Shown here one piece after another: positions 15,455-26,741 of a stretch of DNA of 64,000 bases. A program made the translations under genes and the position numbers. The first letter of the stretch is position 1; the number at the start of each line of letters is the position of its first letter. The notes under the pieces are model-generated. The model searched no databases, was not told the origin of the DNA, and saw only the letters and a program-made list of their open reading frames with translations. Source of the stretch: Magallana gigas (lineage: Eukaryota); assembly GCF_963853765.1 (NCBI RefSeq), contig NC_088861.1:16244001-16308000 (forward strand). Direction: 5' to 3'.

Positions 15455-16043
15455 TTAGAGAAGCATATTTTAAAGAGCAAACGTTTTAAAACAAATTTCT
15501 TATTTAAACAAATAATAGCGATCAAGATAAGAGATGTGTTAAATAGAATATAAGAAAATATGTTTGGTGTTTGTCAGCAATAGAATACACAATATATAAA
15601 TCTATTGTTGCACGTTTCATTTGATCACAGAATATTTTTTCTCACTATGAACACATAGTAAACCTGGCATATCGTTGTCACCTATTATGTTTATGAAAAT
15701 ACATTTTTATTGGAAAGAATAAAAGCTGACGACACTTATACAACCGTTTTATTGCAGGCTCGAGATTTTATCGGACAGATGATAATTCACTTTGTCTGGC
15801 TGATTTACTGTGTTTCACTTTTTTGTGTCTCACTCACAACATGTGTTGCATGCATTACCGCCATACAAGGAGTGAACATTCCAGAATCACTGATTATCTC
15901 GCATCGCAAAAGGAAAAGTAAAGAAACAAAATAATCGATAAGAAATAATAATACATAAAAATCCCAATCAAGGCTGAAATTCATAAGATATATATATATA
16001 TATTCATGACCCCTCAAACGTGTCTCTTCTTAAAGCAACTGCA

Positions 16044-18903
16044 ATGACTTTAAAATATACTGACGGAAAAAGATTCTTGATTTGGGTTTTATTTTATAGT
16101 TTTTGTCTAACATTTTTAACACATTATATTTTAAAATTCAATGTGTATCATGGGATAAATAATACAGCCTTTCTTGAAACCAATTATAAAAATCGGACAA
16201 ATCCTGATTCAAAGAACAGACAAACGGAACATGATTTAGAGATGCAATTTAGATATAAACTATTTAACATTGGGGCACAGTTTGCAGTATCGTTTTCACC
16301 TTTGTACAAAGACTCACAAGCAGTGAATGGATCACCTCAAGGATTCTTTAGTCCTTCAAGACATGTCTCAAACGTGGATTGTAGCCTACTGTTTGAAAAC
16401 AATTTAAAGAAAATCAAAAACGTACGACGTAAAATGAACACCAAAATACCCTCACCGCCAGTGTGTCAGCAAACAAAAGACTGTGGACATTTTATTTCGT
16501 CAAGAGGATATATAACAGATTCTTTATCAGACGAGGAAAAACATTTCCCAATTGCCTACAGCATTCTTGTTTACAAAAGTCCAGAACAATTTGAGTTTCT
16601 TTTGAGAGCCATTTACCGACCACAAAATGTTTACTGTGTTCACGTGGACAAGAAAACCCCTCCTAACGTCTTCAATGGATTTAAATGCATCACACGTCGC
16701 TTTCCAAATGTTTTCTTAGCGTCGAAAAGATATTCAGTGAACTGGGGGAAAATAGGTGTTTTATTACCAGAGATTGAATGCATGAGAAATCTTTTATCAT
16801 TTTCAACTTGGAAATATTTTATCAATCTCACTGGACCGGAATTTCCTCTTCGTACAAATTATGAGTTGGTGAAAATTTTAAAAATTTATAATGGTTCAAA
16901 TGACGCAGAGGGGACGGGACGATCAAGAGGTATGCAGTTTATGGCATTAAAAATATTAAAATGTTTTTCAACATTTGTATCATCAGCTATATACATGTAC
17001 ATATACAAACTGTTTTATTTGATGCTTCTATTATGGCAGGATTATTTTACCCTTAAGATGAGTTCAGAAAAATAATTCCAGCAGGAGTAACCTCCAGCTA
17101 ATGGCCATATTTTGGGTCAAACTGTCATGATTACTTTAATATTCAACCAATATCAACTTGCACTACTGGGTATTTTAACGCAGATAGAATTTTTTAAATC
17201 ATGTATTTACGTTTGTTAGAGCTTTCTTTACTATGTATTTGTAGTGCTGTTTGAATTTTTTTTCATCACTGTACATTTTTAACATACCTAAAATTGGTTG
17301 TCAAAGTGAAACATTCACATCTTTGACAAAGATAGCAACCAAGGGAAATAACTTTCATGGAATGAGAACTATAACAGCTCTCCTTAATTCAGATTTAGCA
17401 GAACAAATAATTTCTTTATTCTATTTGTTTTTGCATATACAAATACAATGGTAAAAAATTGCAGTTTTTTATTTATACCTATATATAATATTTCAAAATT
17501 ATTATTGTTTTGTACTGACATGGCCGTGTTAAGACTTTTGTCACTAATATCTGTACTTACATGTACGAATATAACACTTTCGCATATAGTTTCTTAATGC
17601 GTTTCGATGAAATAAATTAATGTTAATTTACAGATTTCTAATAATCCTTTTTATATTCAATTAGAGCAAACAAATATAGATGGAATATAAGAGAGCAACC
17701 TCCTCATGATATACACCCCGTAAAAGGATCGGTTCACGTGACTTTAAACAGAAAATTTGTGGAATACGTCATTAATAACGATGTAGCTGCTGATTTTCTC
17801 AGATGGGTAAAGAAAACAGAAGTCCCAGACGAAACATACTTTGCCACCTTGATTCATAATTCCCAGCTCGGCATTCCGGGGAGTTTCAAGGGTAAGTATT
17901 AAAAGATATTTATATGGTACCATATTCTTGATGTGCAATTTAATACATGTATCAGAACACATTGTGATGTAAAGCAGCTTTTATCTCCACAAACAGCATA
18001 ATCATTTCAATGACTATTTTGAGTTGATATATTTTATAACCTGAAAGTTAACGTACGACAAATTCATACCTGTTATATATTTTGAGTTTTTTAATTCTTA
18101 ATCGGGTATGGTCACAATACTGGTCAATTTTTTTTCTATTTTTCTTTGGTTACAATGCTTCAGTATTGCATTGCTAATAATCAACCAAAAATTGAGTGTC
18201 ACTCGTAGAGTTGCTAGCAAGACTTAAATCTTACCATTCTTGGTTGTGTAAATAAGGCTCGTGCCATGTTTTTAAATGCATTGGTTCAATATACCGGTAA
18301 AAATTCTTTTTCAAGCTGGTGTTTTTATCTGTTTATTTGTTTTAAATATAAATAAACAGTTCAGCATGTTTGTCACGTTCATTCTATGTCATAACCTAAA
18401 TATTTACTTTTCAAAATATAAATGTAATCCCAAAAATAACCTGAGCTTTTCCTAGATAACAAAGAATTATAAGTTCTGTATCTCACGTATAACTGGTATT
18501 CTTAAGTCTAGATGTTGTGAGTTACCTTAATTAAATACAAAATGTATACTTGAGTTTAATTCATTTGTTTGTGTTTTTTTAAGGTGACTTAGAGACAGAT
18601 TTTGGTGTACGAAAACCTTTTCTATCTCGCTTTAAGAACTGGAGGGATACGGCAAATTCACTCCAATGTCACGGTAAATTTGTTCGATCGATATGTATAT
18701 TTGGAGTCGGAGATCTTCCTCTTCTTGCTCGTCGACCTGAGTTCTTTGCCAATAAATTTCACCACAATTACCAAAGTCAAGCCTTACTTTGTATGGACGA
18801 ACTAATTTATAACAGGACACGGGAGGAATATTACCAGCGAGTGAACTTTGAGACGGAATATTATGAAAAAATAGCACACATTAAGAACATTGTAGAGAAA
18901 TAA
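16044..18903 (+). pseudogene. GCNT-like: GCNT-like copy 3, frameshifted at end of exon 1 (possible rescue by shifted acceptor)
   Basis: Exons 16044-16929, 17665-17891, 18584-18903 total 1433 nt (not a multiple of 3). GGACG is duplicated at 16912-16921 where the paralogs encode GTIKR. Remainder, including VPDETYF and exon 3, is intact. Confidence 0.8.
18102..18445. mobile_element. Partial TTAA-type (Kolobok-like) MITE in GCNT copy 3 intron 2
   Basis: TTAA then GGGTATGGTCACAAT..TGGTCAA..ACAATGCTTCAGTA..CAACCAAAAATTGAGTGTCA, similar to the ends of the 56487-56918 element; right boundary approximate. Confidence 0.5.
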
Positions 18904-19995
18904 TACATGTAGTTGAATTGTACCAATAAAAGTGTTCTAGAAGAGAAATGGATGTTCATTTTATCATGTTCTTATGAATAAAAGAATGTAAATCGTTTTC
19001 ATATTTCGTTTTATTCTATATAATTTGTATGAGAACATAGAAAAAATATGAAAATTCCCCAACGATGGTAAAGAAAAATGTAGGAGAATAAGTTAAGTTA
19101 TAAAGGTCGTTGATGATCCTCTTCTTGATTTAACGATAAGAATATTTCCACAATACAAACAAGTTGTAGAATCAAACGACAATATAAATGATTGGTATAT
19201 GTACATTTTATATTTCAGGGCTATAGCTACAGTATAATAACATTAGCATAACATCTTGAAGGAAATCAAAGTTAAAACAGAGCTTAAAACAATGCTCAAT
19301 ATTATTGCTTACGTTTCACTTTTTTTAGTTCAATAACCATATTTCTGAAAACAATTATCATCATCATGATCTAAAGATGCAGTCTATAAGCACCGAATTT
19401 TATCATAAAATCAAGAGTCGTTAAATATTATCTATTGATTATTATTTGAAGCACTTGAGGAAAAAAGGTCGCAGAATATTTTGCTAAAAAGGAGGATAAA
19501 AGATAAGATATAATCTAGTGAAAAATTTCTGAGAGAAAAAAAAGCAACACATTGAGTTTCATTAACGATGTCTGATAAATCAGCAGATGTTTAAAAGAGA
19601 ATAACAAAACTTAAATAGAGTCAATTGCTTTCTATTGTTTGAACAAAACCACATGCAAATTCAGATAAAATGATTTTTATAACTAGGAATTTTAAAAAAG
19701 TGCATATTTATTCTTGTTGAAACTAAACTGTTTATCCGATTTCGGAATTTGGTGAACAAGTAAACTGAAAATCGTTAATATGAACAAACATATCATTTTT
19801 TACATATACGCAAATTTATTTTCTTTCCGTAATTAAAACCTTCCATAAGACGGTTGGAGCATTGGATTTCAATGTCAGTCAGTTTGGTTTAGGCAGAAAG
19901 TGAGGGGAGGGAAAAGCAAATTTACCTGAAATATTATGGCAATCGAAACAAAAGGGTAAACAACAAACAGTTTACTCGTTATTTGCCAATGACAG

Positions 19996-20207
19996 TATAC
20001 TCCTAATTAAACGCGGAACTAATATCCGCGTAAAATCGAGAGAAGCATTCTTCGCGAATTTTAAAAACTCACCATTATTTTCTGAGAGTTGAAAACTATA
20101 AAAAATAAGAAGAAAAGTTCCACGTTCGCATTTTTATATTGTCGCGATTTTATACAAACCAGCGGGCTCGCAAAATTAAGTACTCGCGTAATATAAGGAA
20201 TTTACAG
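19996..20207. mobile_element. Degenerate TA-flanked MITE
   Basis: Right end GCGTAATATAAGGAATTTACAG-TA; left end only partly matches (TACTCCTAATTAAACGCG). Confidence 0.5.
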
Positions 20208-23200
20208 TATCAGTCATATAAGCAAGAAAAGGGTTTTATAAGAGTGCATATATTAAAGACTTTATTTAAGTACATGCAAAATTAAACGGAAACCTCAAAA
20301 TCTATATTACTTTGCGTTCCATATTAATTAATCTGGCAAGTAGGATGGGTTGTCAATTCACTAAGCAATAATTTGTGTTGATTGTTAATATATTCTGCCT
20401 AACGAAAACATTGTTTAACAATTAATTAGTAAATTACTAGTACCCAATGTTAAAAAAATAATAATATTCATTAAGGAGTTTTTAGTTTTTAATAAACGTC
20501 CGCGACCGAAGCACCGTGTGAATTTAATCCAGTTTTCGGAGCGTCTTTGATCCTGCGTATCGATTCCGCTCACGGAATGACAAAAAGGTGTATAGGGATC
20601 GATCACGAAAACCTCTAAATATAAAAATGCAAGATTTTCCCACAAATAAGTATGTGTGCTTAAATCGATAAAAAAGACGAGAACTGTTCCCCGAGACAGA
20701 TTAAACATGTAGATAAGAAGTATCCTTGATTTAAAAAAAAGTTATTCTAATGTACGATGGAAAGAAATGTTGAGTTTGCTCTTGGAAAATTATCACAATA
20801 TCTGTTGAGTCTTATATATAAATGTAAGTGAAAGGAAATCCAACTTTGTTTTAACTTCCTGTATTAATATGTTACTTAAACTTCTATACAAATGTCAAAG
20901 CTCATTTACATATGAGTATATTATACACATGAAGCTTTTAAAGGTATTAAATGCAAAATATGTCAGTTCTAAAAAAGGAATTAAACCTAGCATGATTTAG
21001 CAGATTGTACTTCCTACACTTATTTATTCTGCTAAAAAAATCAATATTTATATTTCATACACTTATGTCTGCCTTAAATTGTAAACACTGATCAAAAAGT
21101 CTTGTTTAGATCTGTTATGTAAGAGAATCGTTATTATATCCTTTTCAGTTTTTCATTTATTTACTTTAATATGTAGTACTGGGTTTTGATCATGTCGCAT
21201 CATATAATAATCGTTTGATTTATATTAATTATTGTAAACCATTGTGATAAATAGATATCAATTAGCAATCGTGCATTTTTATTATGAAACAAAATAAAGT
21301 GAAAATATTTCCTTGACTAGAATTGTACAAAAATATAATAAATTAAAGTACTTAAATTATACTTCATTATCTTGTTCATCAACTAAAGGAAATTAACAAT
21401 TTTGAGATAATGACAGTAAATAAATCAAGGAAGAATTTAAAATTATGACATTTTTTTAATAGAATCAGGATTTTGAAGTAATGGGGGAGATCAAGTACAT
21501 AAAAAAATAAAAATAAAAATGAATTTTTTTTCAGTTAAAAGTAATCTTACTTAAATGCCTACAAGATAAATACAAAATATATCCTACATAGGAATATGAG
21601 AAATGTGGTGACAAATATTTAACATACTAAAAATATTCATATATATATATATATATATATGTAGTGGCTGACCGTCACTTAAATCAACCGTGAAGCAACC
21701 ACAAACAACAAGTCAATGATCATAAATAACTGAAGCATATTTCACTTGCTTCGTGATCTACTAATTTATATCCCAACAACTGAATGTGTCCGTCGTTATT
21801 ACGGCGTACGACCTTTTTTTAGTGTATTCTATACTGATTCTCTGACGTAAAAGTAAAATTACTATATTATACGTGATAACCGGTGAGACCAGTGGGTCAT
21901 GTTTCTTATATTGCAAGAAATTAATTTCAGATTAGTTTTCGCAAACTATAATTGCAATTCAAAAATTTACATAAAAACCTGTACATTCACAGCTTTACAT
22001 ATATATAAAATATTTATTTAATATTAATTAGTTTACACACAATTTTTTAAGTTTAAGATACGACGAAAGCAAATGATCCAGTGTATACTCATTTTTAAAA
22101 TCTACAAAAATGCGAGTTTATTAATAGCATATATTATAGGACTTTGTTCTTCCTGAAATCTTTTGAAAGAAGTGTCCATCTCGCTTCAATTCAATCTATT
22201 TACCTCTCTCCCTATGCGCCGCTGCTATCATCTAGTGGTCTTCAGTCAGATGACTTCTTCACAGTTGAAGAGTCTATGAAGAGTCAGAATGCTGTTTGAT
22301 TCACTTTCACGGCTGATACCCGATTTTGGGAGTTCTCTTAAGACTGCGCTATTGCCTTTAACCAAAATATTAGGTTGGTTTTCTTTGGATTTTTAAATTC
22401 AAAATTTTTAGATGTTATGATCAATCAACACATTGACATATTTTCGTGAAAGCTTCATATTTAGACACAGAAGTAGGTCTTTTAATCATAAGGTTTTGTA
22501 TTATTTTTTTGTTTTTTAGATTTTTTTTAAAAATTAGGTTCAGTTACTTGTATGTTTTAATCTTGTATTTTTTTAATGAGCTTAAAACGAATATGAACAT
22601 AATTTATAATGTGTATTAATATCATCAACATCTGAGGATGTTAATAATCTGATAACACAAAGAAACTTAATGTATGCGCGATCTTAAAGGTGTATATATC
22701 TTTGTTAATAAGATAGTTAGCCTGAAATTGACCATACACTCCATATAATAACTCAGACTGAAATTTTATATCTCAGTGAAATAGGAATTTGTCTTTCAGA
22801 CACATCTCGGAAACAATAAATCAAGGCCTCATTACTATTTGTTTTTTTTTTTAATTACTCGTGTGTTTCAACTTTACAAACCTAGGGTATAGTTGTACAT
22901 GTTCCATGGAAGAGTTGATTTAATGTTTATTGAAATTATATAAATGTGAAACAGAGAAAAAACAAAGTGAAGGCTCGAGTATTGTTTAATAAATGGCTGG
23001 TCAATCGTCAACTAAATAACATCTACTGGGGATATAATATTCAACGATTAAAGTCCCTAAATTCAGATGTATTGAGCTGAAAAGTTGTTTAACTCTTAAA
23101 AACGGATTTGAATTATATCTAGCTGGATTATGAACATCCTTATTTTTAATTGATTTAAAATTTGGCTATCATTACAGATCTTATTTTCAGTTATTAACGG

Positions 23201-23277
23201 AAGATCGTCGTATAAGCCAGATATGATACGCAATTATAACAAGTGATCTGAATCAATTCAACTTTTAGCTGTACAAA

Positions 23278-24347
23278 ATGAGTTTCGTGTTGATAGTTTT
23301 CCCTCTAATCTGGACACCAGTTTTATCATTATGTGGAAGGTATGGTATGACTACAAAATACTACTGTTTTGTTTTATTATTTACTATTTATAAACATTTA
23401 TCTTAACTTTTTACAAATATAAAGGATACTTATTTACTTAAAAGCTATGTTGGACCCGTATGCTGTGCAGGGACATATTGGAATGATGAAACATCAAGTT
23501 GTGAAAGTAATTACAATAGTTAATAATAATCTATTTAGAACTTCACACGTACTGTATATTTCTCTATTTACAGTGTATTTTTGACTATCATGTCGATATT
23601 CTTTACGTAGAATGCCCGTTAGGGTACCAAGACATTAACTGTTCCAGAGTATGCACATATCCGACTTTTGGGAAAAGGTGTCAGGACTTATGCGACTGCA
23701 AACCTAGCGAATGTGACTTTAGATTTGGATGTAAAATATTTCACGGTATATTTATAGCATTCTGTGTCATCATTGTGGAAAGCTATTTTGGCTCAGTTAA
23801 ATAAGAACTCCAAACTGTTTCATTCATGTATCACAAAACGCTTGCATTTTTCAAATTTACTTGCATGCAAATATAAATATTACTGCAAAAATATGTATAA
23901 CATTTTATCCTTATCATTGATGATTACTTTTTAGACATTTCCCTCAATGAAACGTTTACTTCAACATCCCAGATTTTAACAACGTCAAAGACAACAGAAA
24001 CATCTTCTGGGGATGCTATTTTCATCCAAGGGTTTTCGAATTCTATATTTTATATAATAGTTGCGTTTGTCGTTCTATTTGGATTTTTTGTGGTAATATA
24101 TTTCTATAAACATTGTGTGAAGAGGACTGACGTGTCTCACAGTAAAAAGGAGGAAACCTTTTCAAGTCAAGTTGCCGAGTATGAATCTTTATTTCGGGAA
24201 AGCCACCAACAACCTCCGGTAGAAAATGCTACTGATCCGATGTACCTGGAACCGGTAACGAATGTCCATTATGAAGAAATCAAAAACGTTAATGAAACGG
24301 ATGATCAAATGATTGCTGGTGTTTTAACGGTCAATGAAAGAGTCTAG
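23278..24347 (+). CDS. Small type I membrane protein (223 aa) with EGF-like Cys-rich ectodomain (MEGF10/SCARF/Draper-like), S/T stalk, TM and Tyr-motif tail
   Basis: Exons 23278-23339, 23445-23506, 23611-23745, 23935-24347 give 672 nt in frame. Signal peptide MSFVLIVFPLIWTPVLSLC; GPVCCAGTYWNDETSSCEKCPLGYQDINCSRVCTYPTFGKRCQDLCDCKPSECDFRFGC; TM SIFYIIVAFVVLFGFFVVIYFY; AATAAA at 24415. Confidence 0.88.
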
Positions 24348-24769
24348 TTTTACAGTGAGAAAGATAACTCAAATATTCAAGATATCTATTCCTTTGTAAC
24401 AATGGTCATATACCAATAAACTCATCTTTGCACATCTCAAAATATTGAATCGACAGTTTTTTATACACTGTATCTTTCTCATTAATGTAATTAAGATATA
24501 GGAAAAAAAAACCCGAAAATATGTGCATCTTCTATTGGAACCGTGTCATTTACCAACATTTTGACACAAGCAAATCACTCTGGTATGAAGATTGATTTTT
24601 GTTTGAGCGGTCAACAAGGAAAAAGGGGTGGAACTTAATACTCCAGTATAAGACCTTAACGCTGGACTTCTTTGGATGATGGTCAAATTTAAACAACTTT
24701 TTCCAATGTCATCAAAACGTCAGAATTTTTTGCACCTCGACGTTTCACAAATTTTAAATTTGTTATCCG

Positions 24770-25282
24770 TGTAACCAGATAGCCGTATATATATGAAATA
24801 TAATTTTATGATTGTATTCTACTTTACGTTAATTAGTCATTAGCTTGTTGTGCACTCGATACGAAATAAGTGTATAGTGAACAATGTTAAAGGTCATTGA
24901 CCGAGAGGGACAACTGCGTAGTTAGAACTCGTGGTGTTAGCGGAATGACCAGGAAGAATAAAACTCTCGATGATGATTGGACTTTGGAAAGCGGTCAACG
25001 GATGCAAGACTCTTAATTGTAATTCACCTTTAACAATGGACTTCGTTATAAGTCACTTATGAACTGTGACCCGAAAGGATGTTCTAACAATTGATTATTT
25101 TATTTTACTGATTTATATACTTATGATTTGATTAATAATTAGTAGATGGATTTTGGATTGATAGCAGATTGATTATATATTGCTTTTATACCACTATACG
25201 ATTACAGTGCTTAATAAATATCATAAAACTCCAACTGACTTATGATTTCAAAAGTCTAAAGAATAACAACAGAAGGATCACA
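24770..25282 (+). repeat. 5' LTR (513 bp)
   Basis: TGTAACC...GATCACA; identical to the 3' LTR by eye except one T indel (AAGTCT vs AAGTTCT); AATAAA at 24957 and 25213. Confidence 0.97.
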
Positions 25283-25292
25283 TAGACTTTTA

Positions 25293-25311
25293 TGGTGCCA
25301 GTGACCAGGAT
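25293..25311 (+). promoter_or_regulatory. Primer-binding site, tRNA-His-like
   Basis: TGGTGCCAGTGACCAGGAT versus the expected complement of invertebrate tRNA-His 3' end, recalled as TGGTGCCGTGACCAGGAT; one extra A. Confidence 0.7.
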
Positions 25312-25412
25312 AAAACGAAGTGCTAAAGAAAAACTGAACTGTTAAGGTAAGAACTTTTTCTCAATATCTCTGTTCACTATCTCAAAGTAAATAACTCTGA
25401 TCAGCAACCTAT

Positions 25413-26741
25413 ATGGCAACTGGAAATGGTTATGATAGAAAAGAATTTAAAAATCAAATGGAACAATTGGAAAAACAATTTGCGGGGTTGGGTCAAAGTG
25501 AAGAAAAGGAAGGGCATGAAACAGGTCAAAAATTCTCAGAACAAGAACAGGTAAAACAAAACACTTTTCAAAAACAAACTGACACATATTATGATGCAAG
25601 GTTGTATGAAACTAATGAACCTCGACACCGAGTCCCAAATCAGGATGATGATAAAGATTTTTTCATTGGTCAGGTTAAAGCTATAACATCCGCGCTTACA
25701 GTGCCCCTATCTTCTGTGATAACTCCTTTCGAAGGAGATGCTAGTAAATACAAGCAGTGGATAAAGGAAATTGAAAAATATGCTTTATTGTCTGGGAAAC
25801 AGGGTCATGAAATCCCCATGCTCGCGTATATTACGAGTAAAGGTTCGGTAGGGGACTTTATCAAAAGATATTTGGACGAAACAGACGCGTCGGAAGAAAT
25901 GCCGTCGTGGAACGATTTAAAAGAATCCTTAAGAAACAGATTCGCGGAGATAACCGACTCACAACACGCGTTAGCAGTAATGCGCAGGACGCGGCAAAAT
26001 TCAAACGAAAGTGTACAGTTATTCGCGGAACGGTTGTTGCAAATCGCGGAAGACGCGTATAGTAAAGACAAATTAAAAGATCCCTTAGTCCAACAACAAC
26101 TTGTAGACATATTCTGTGACGGTCTGACCTTTGACTATCTCAGGATGAAAATCCTTAGAGAAAACCCCAAAGACTTGGAGTCAGCAATTCAGTTAGCAAT
26201 GCGCGAACAAAATTTAAGACAAAGACTAGCTATAAGGGGGTCAAGTATAACAAGTACTACGCCGAATGACAATAGACAGACTGTTTCACGGTTTGACAGT
26301 ACAACGCCTTTATTAAGTGAAAGATTGGTTAACTTGTCCTCGACAGACAATAGACAGGAAGAACCCATGGAAGTTGACCACACGAGGAACAAAGGTTGTT
26401 TTAAGTGCATGAAAATTGGTCATAGGGCCAGATTCTGTCCACTAAATAAACCCCAGGTTAGGCCCCGCCCTCAATTAAATAAACGACTTCATAATACTCA
26501 GTCTGTGCATTATGTTGAGCAAAGCCCCCGCCCACCGATTGAGTGTTGGAATTGTGGTAGAATAGGACATTTGCGTGCAGATTGCTGGAGCAAACGCAGG
26601 TTTTGCAGAACGCAGCAAAACAGAGGTAGGTCAGCTGATCGTCAAGATCGATCACGTGATTTTAAAGACCAAAATGATAGGAGATCACCCAAAATCTGGA
26701 CCCGTCGCGCCACTTTTGATAAACAAAATCAGGAAAACTAA
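25413..26741 (+). CDS. gag: Gag, 442 aa, two CCHC zinc knuckles
   Basis: Intact ORF; CFKCMKIGHRARFC and CWNCGRIGHLRADC; capsid-like middle region (FEGD...WIKEIE). Confidence 0.93.
   Translation: MATGNGYDRKEFKNQMEQLEKQFAGLGQSEEKEGHETGQKFSEQEQVKQNTFQKQTDTYYDARLYETNEPRHRVPNQDDDKDFFIGQVKAITSALTVPLSSVITPFEGDASKYKQWIKEIEKYALLSGKQGHEIPMLAYITSKGSVGDFIKRYLDETDASEEMPSWNDLKESLRNRFAEITDSQHALAVMRRTRQNSNESVQLFAERLLQIAEDAYSKDKLKDPLVQQQLVDIFCDGLTFDYLRMKILRENPKDLESAIQLAMREQNLRQRLAIRGSSITSTTPNDNRQTVSRFDSTTPLLSERLVNLSSTDNRQEEPMEVDHTRNKGCFKCMKIGHRARFCPLNKPQVRPRPQLNKRLHNTQSVHYVEQSPRPPIECWNCGRIGHLRADCWSKRRFCRTQQNRGRSADRQDRSRDFKDQNDRRSPKIWTRRATFDKQNQEN

Noticed and set aside
243-16831. Recurring ~60-aa minus-strand ORFs (243-425, 7026-7208, 16640-16831) that resemble each other
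   Set aside because: They are antisense shadows of the same conserved GCNT coding segment; the similarity follows from the sense-strand paralogy.
22180-22350. Possible 3' end of a Penelope/LINE-like element on the minus strand
   Set aside because: Only a loose GAAGAAGTC-type resemblance; no ORF, tail or TSD seen.
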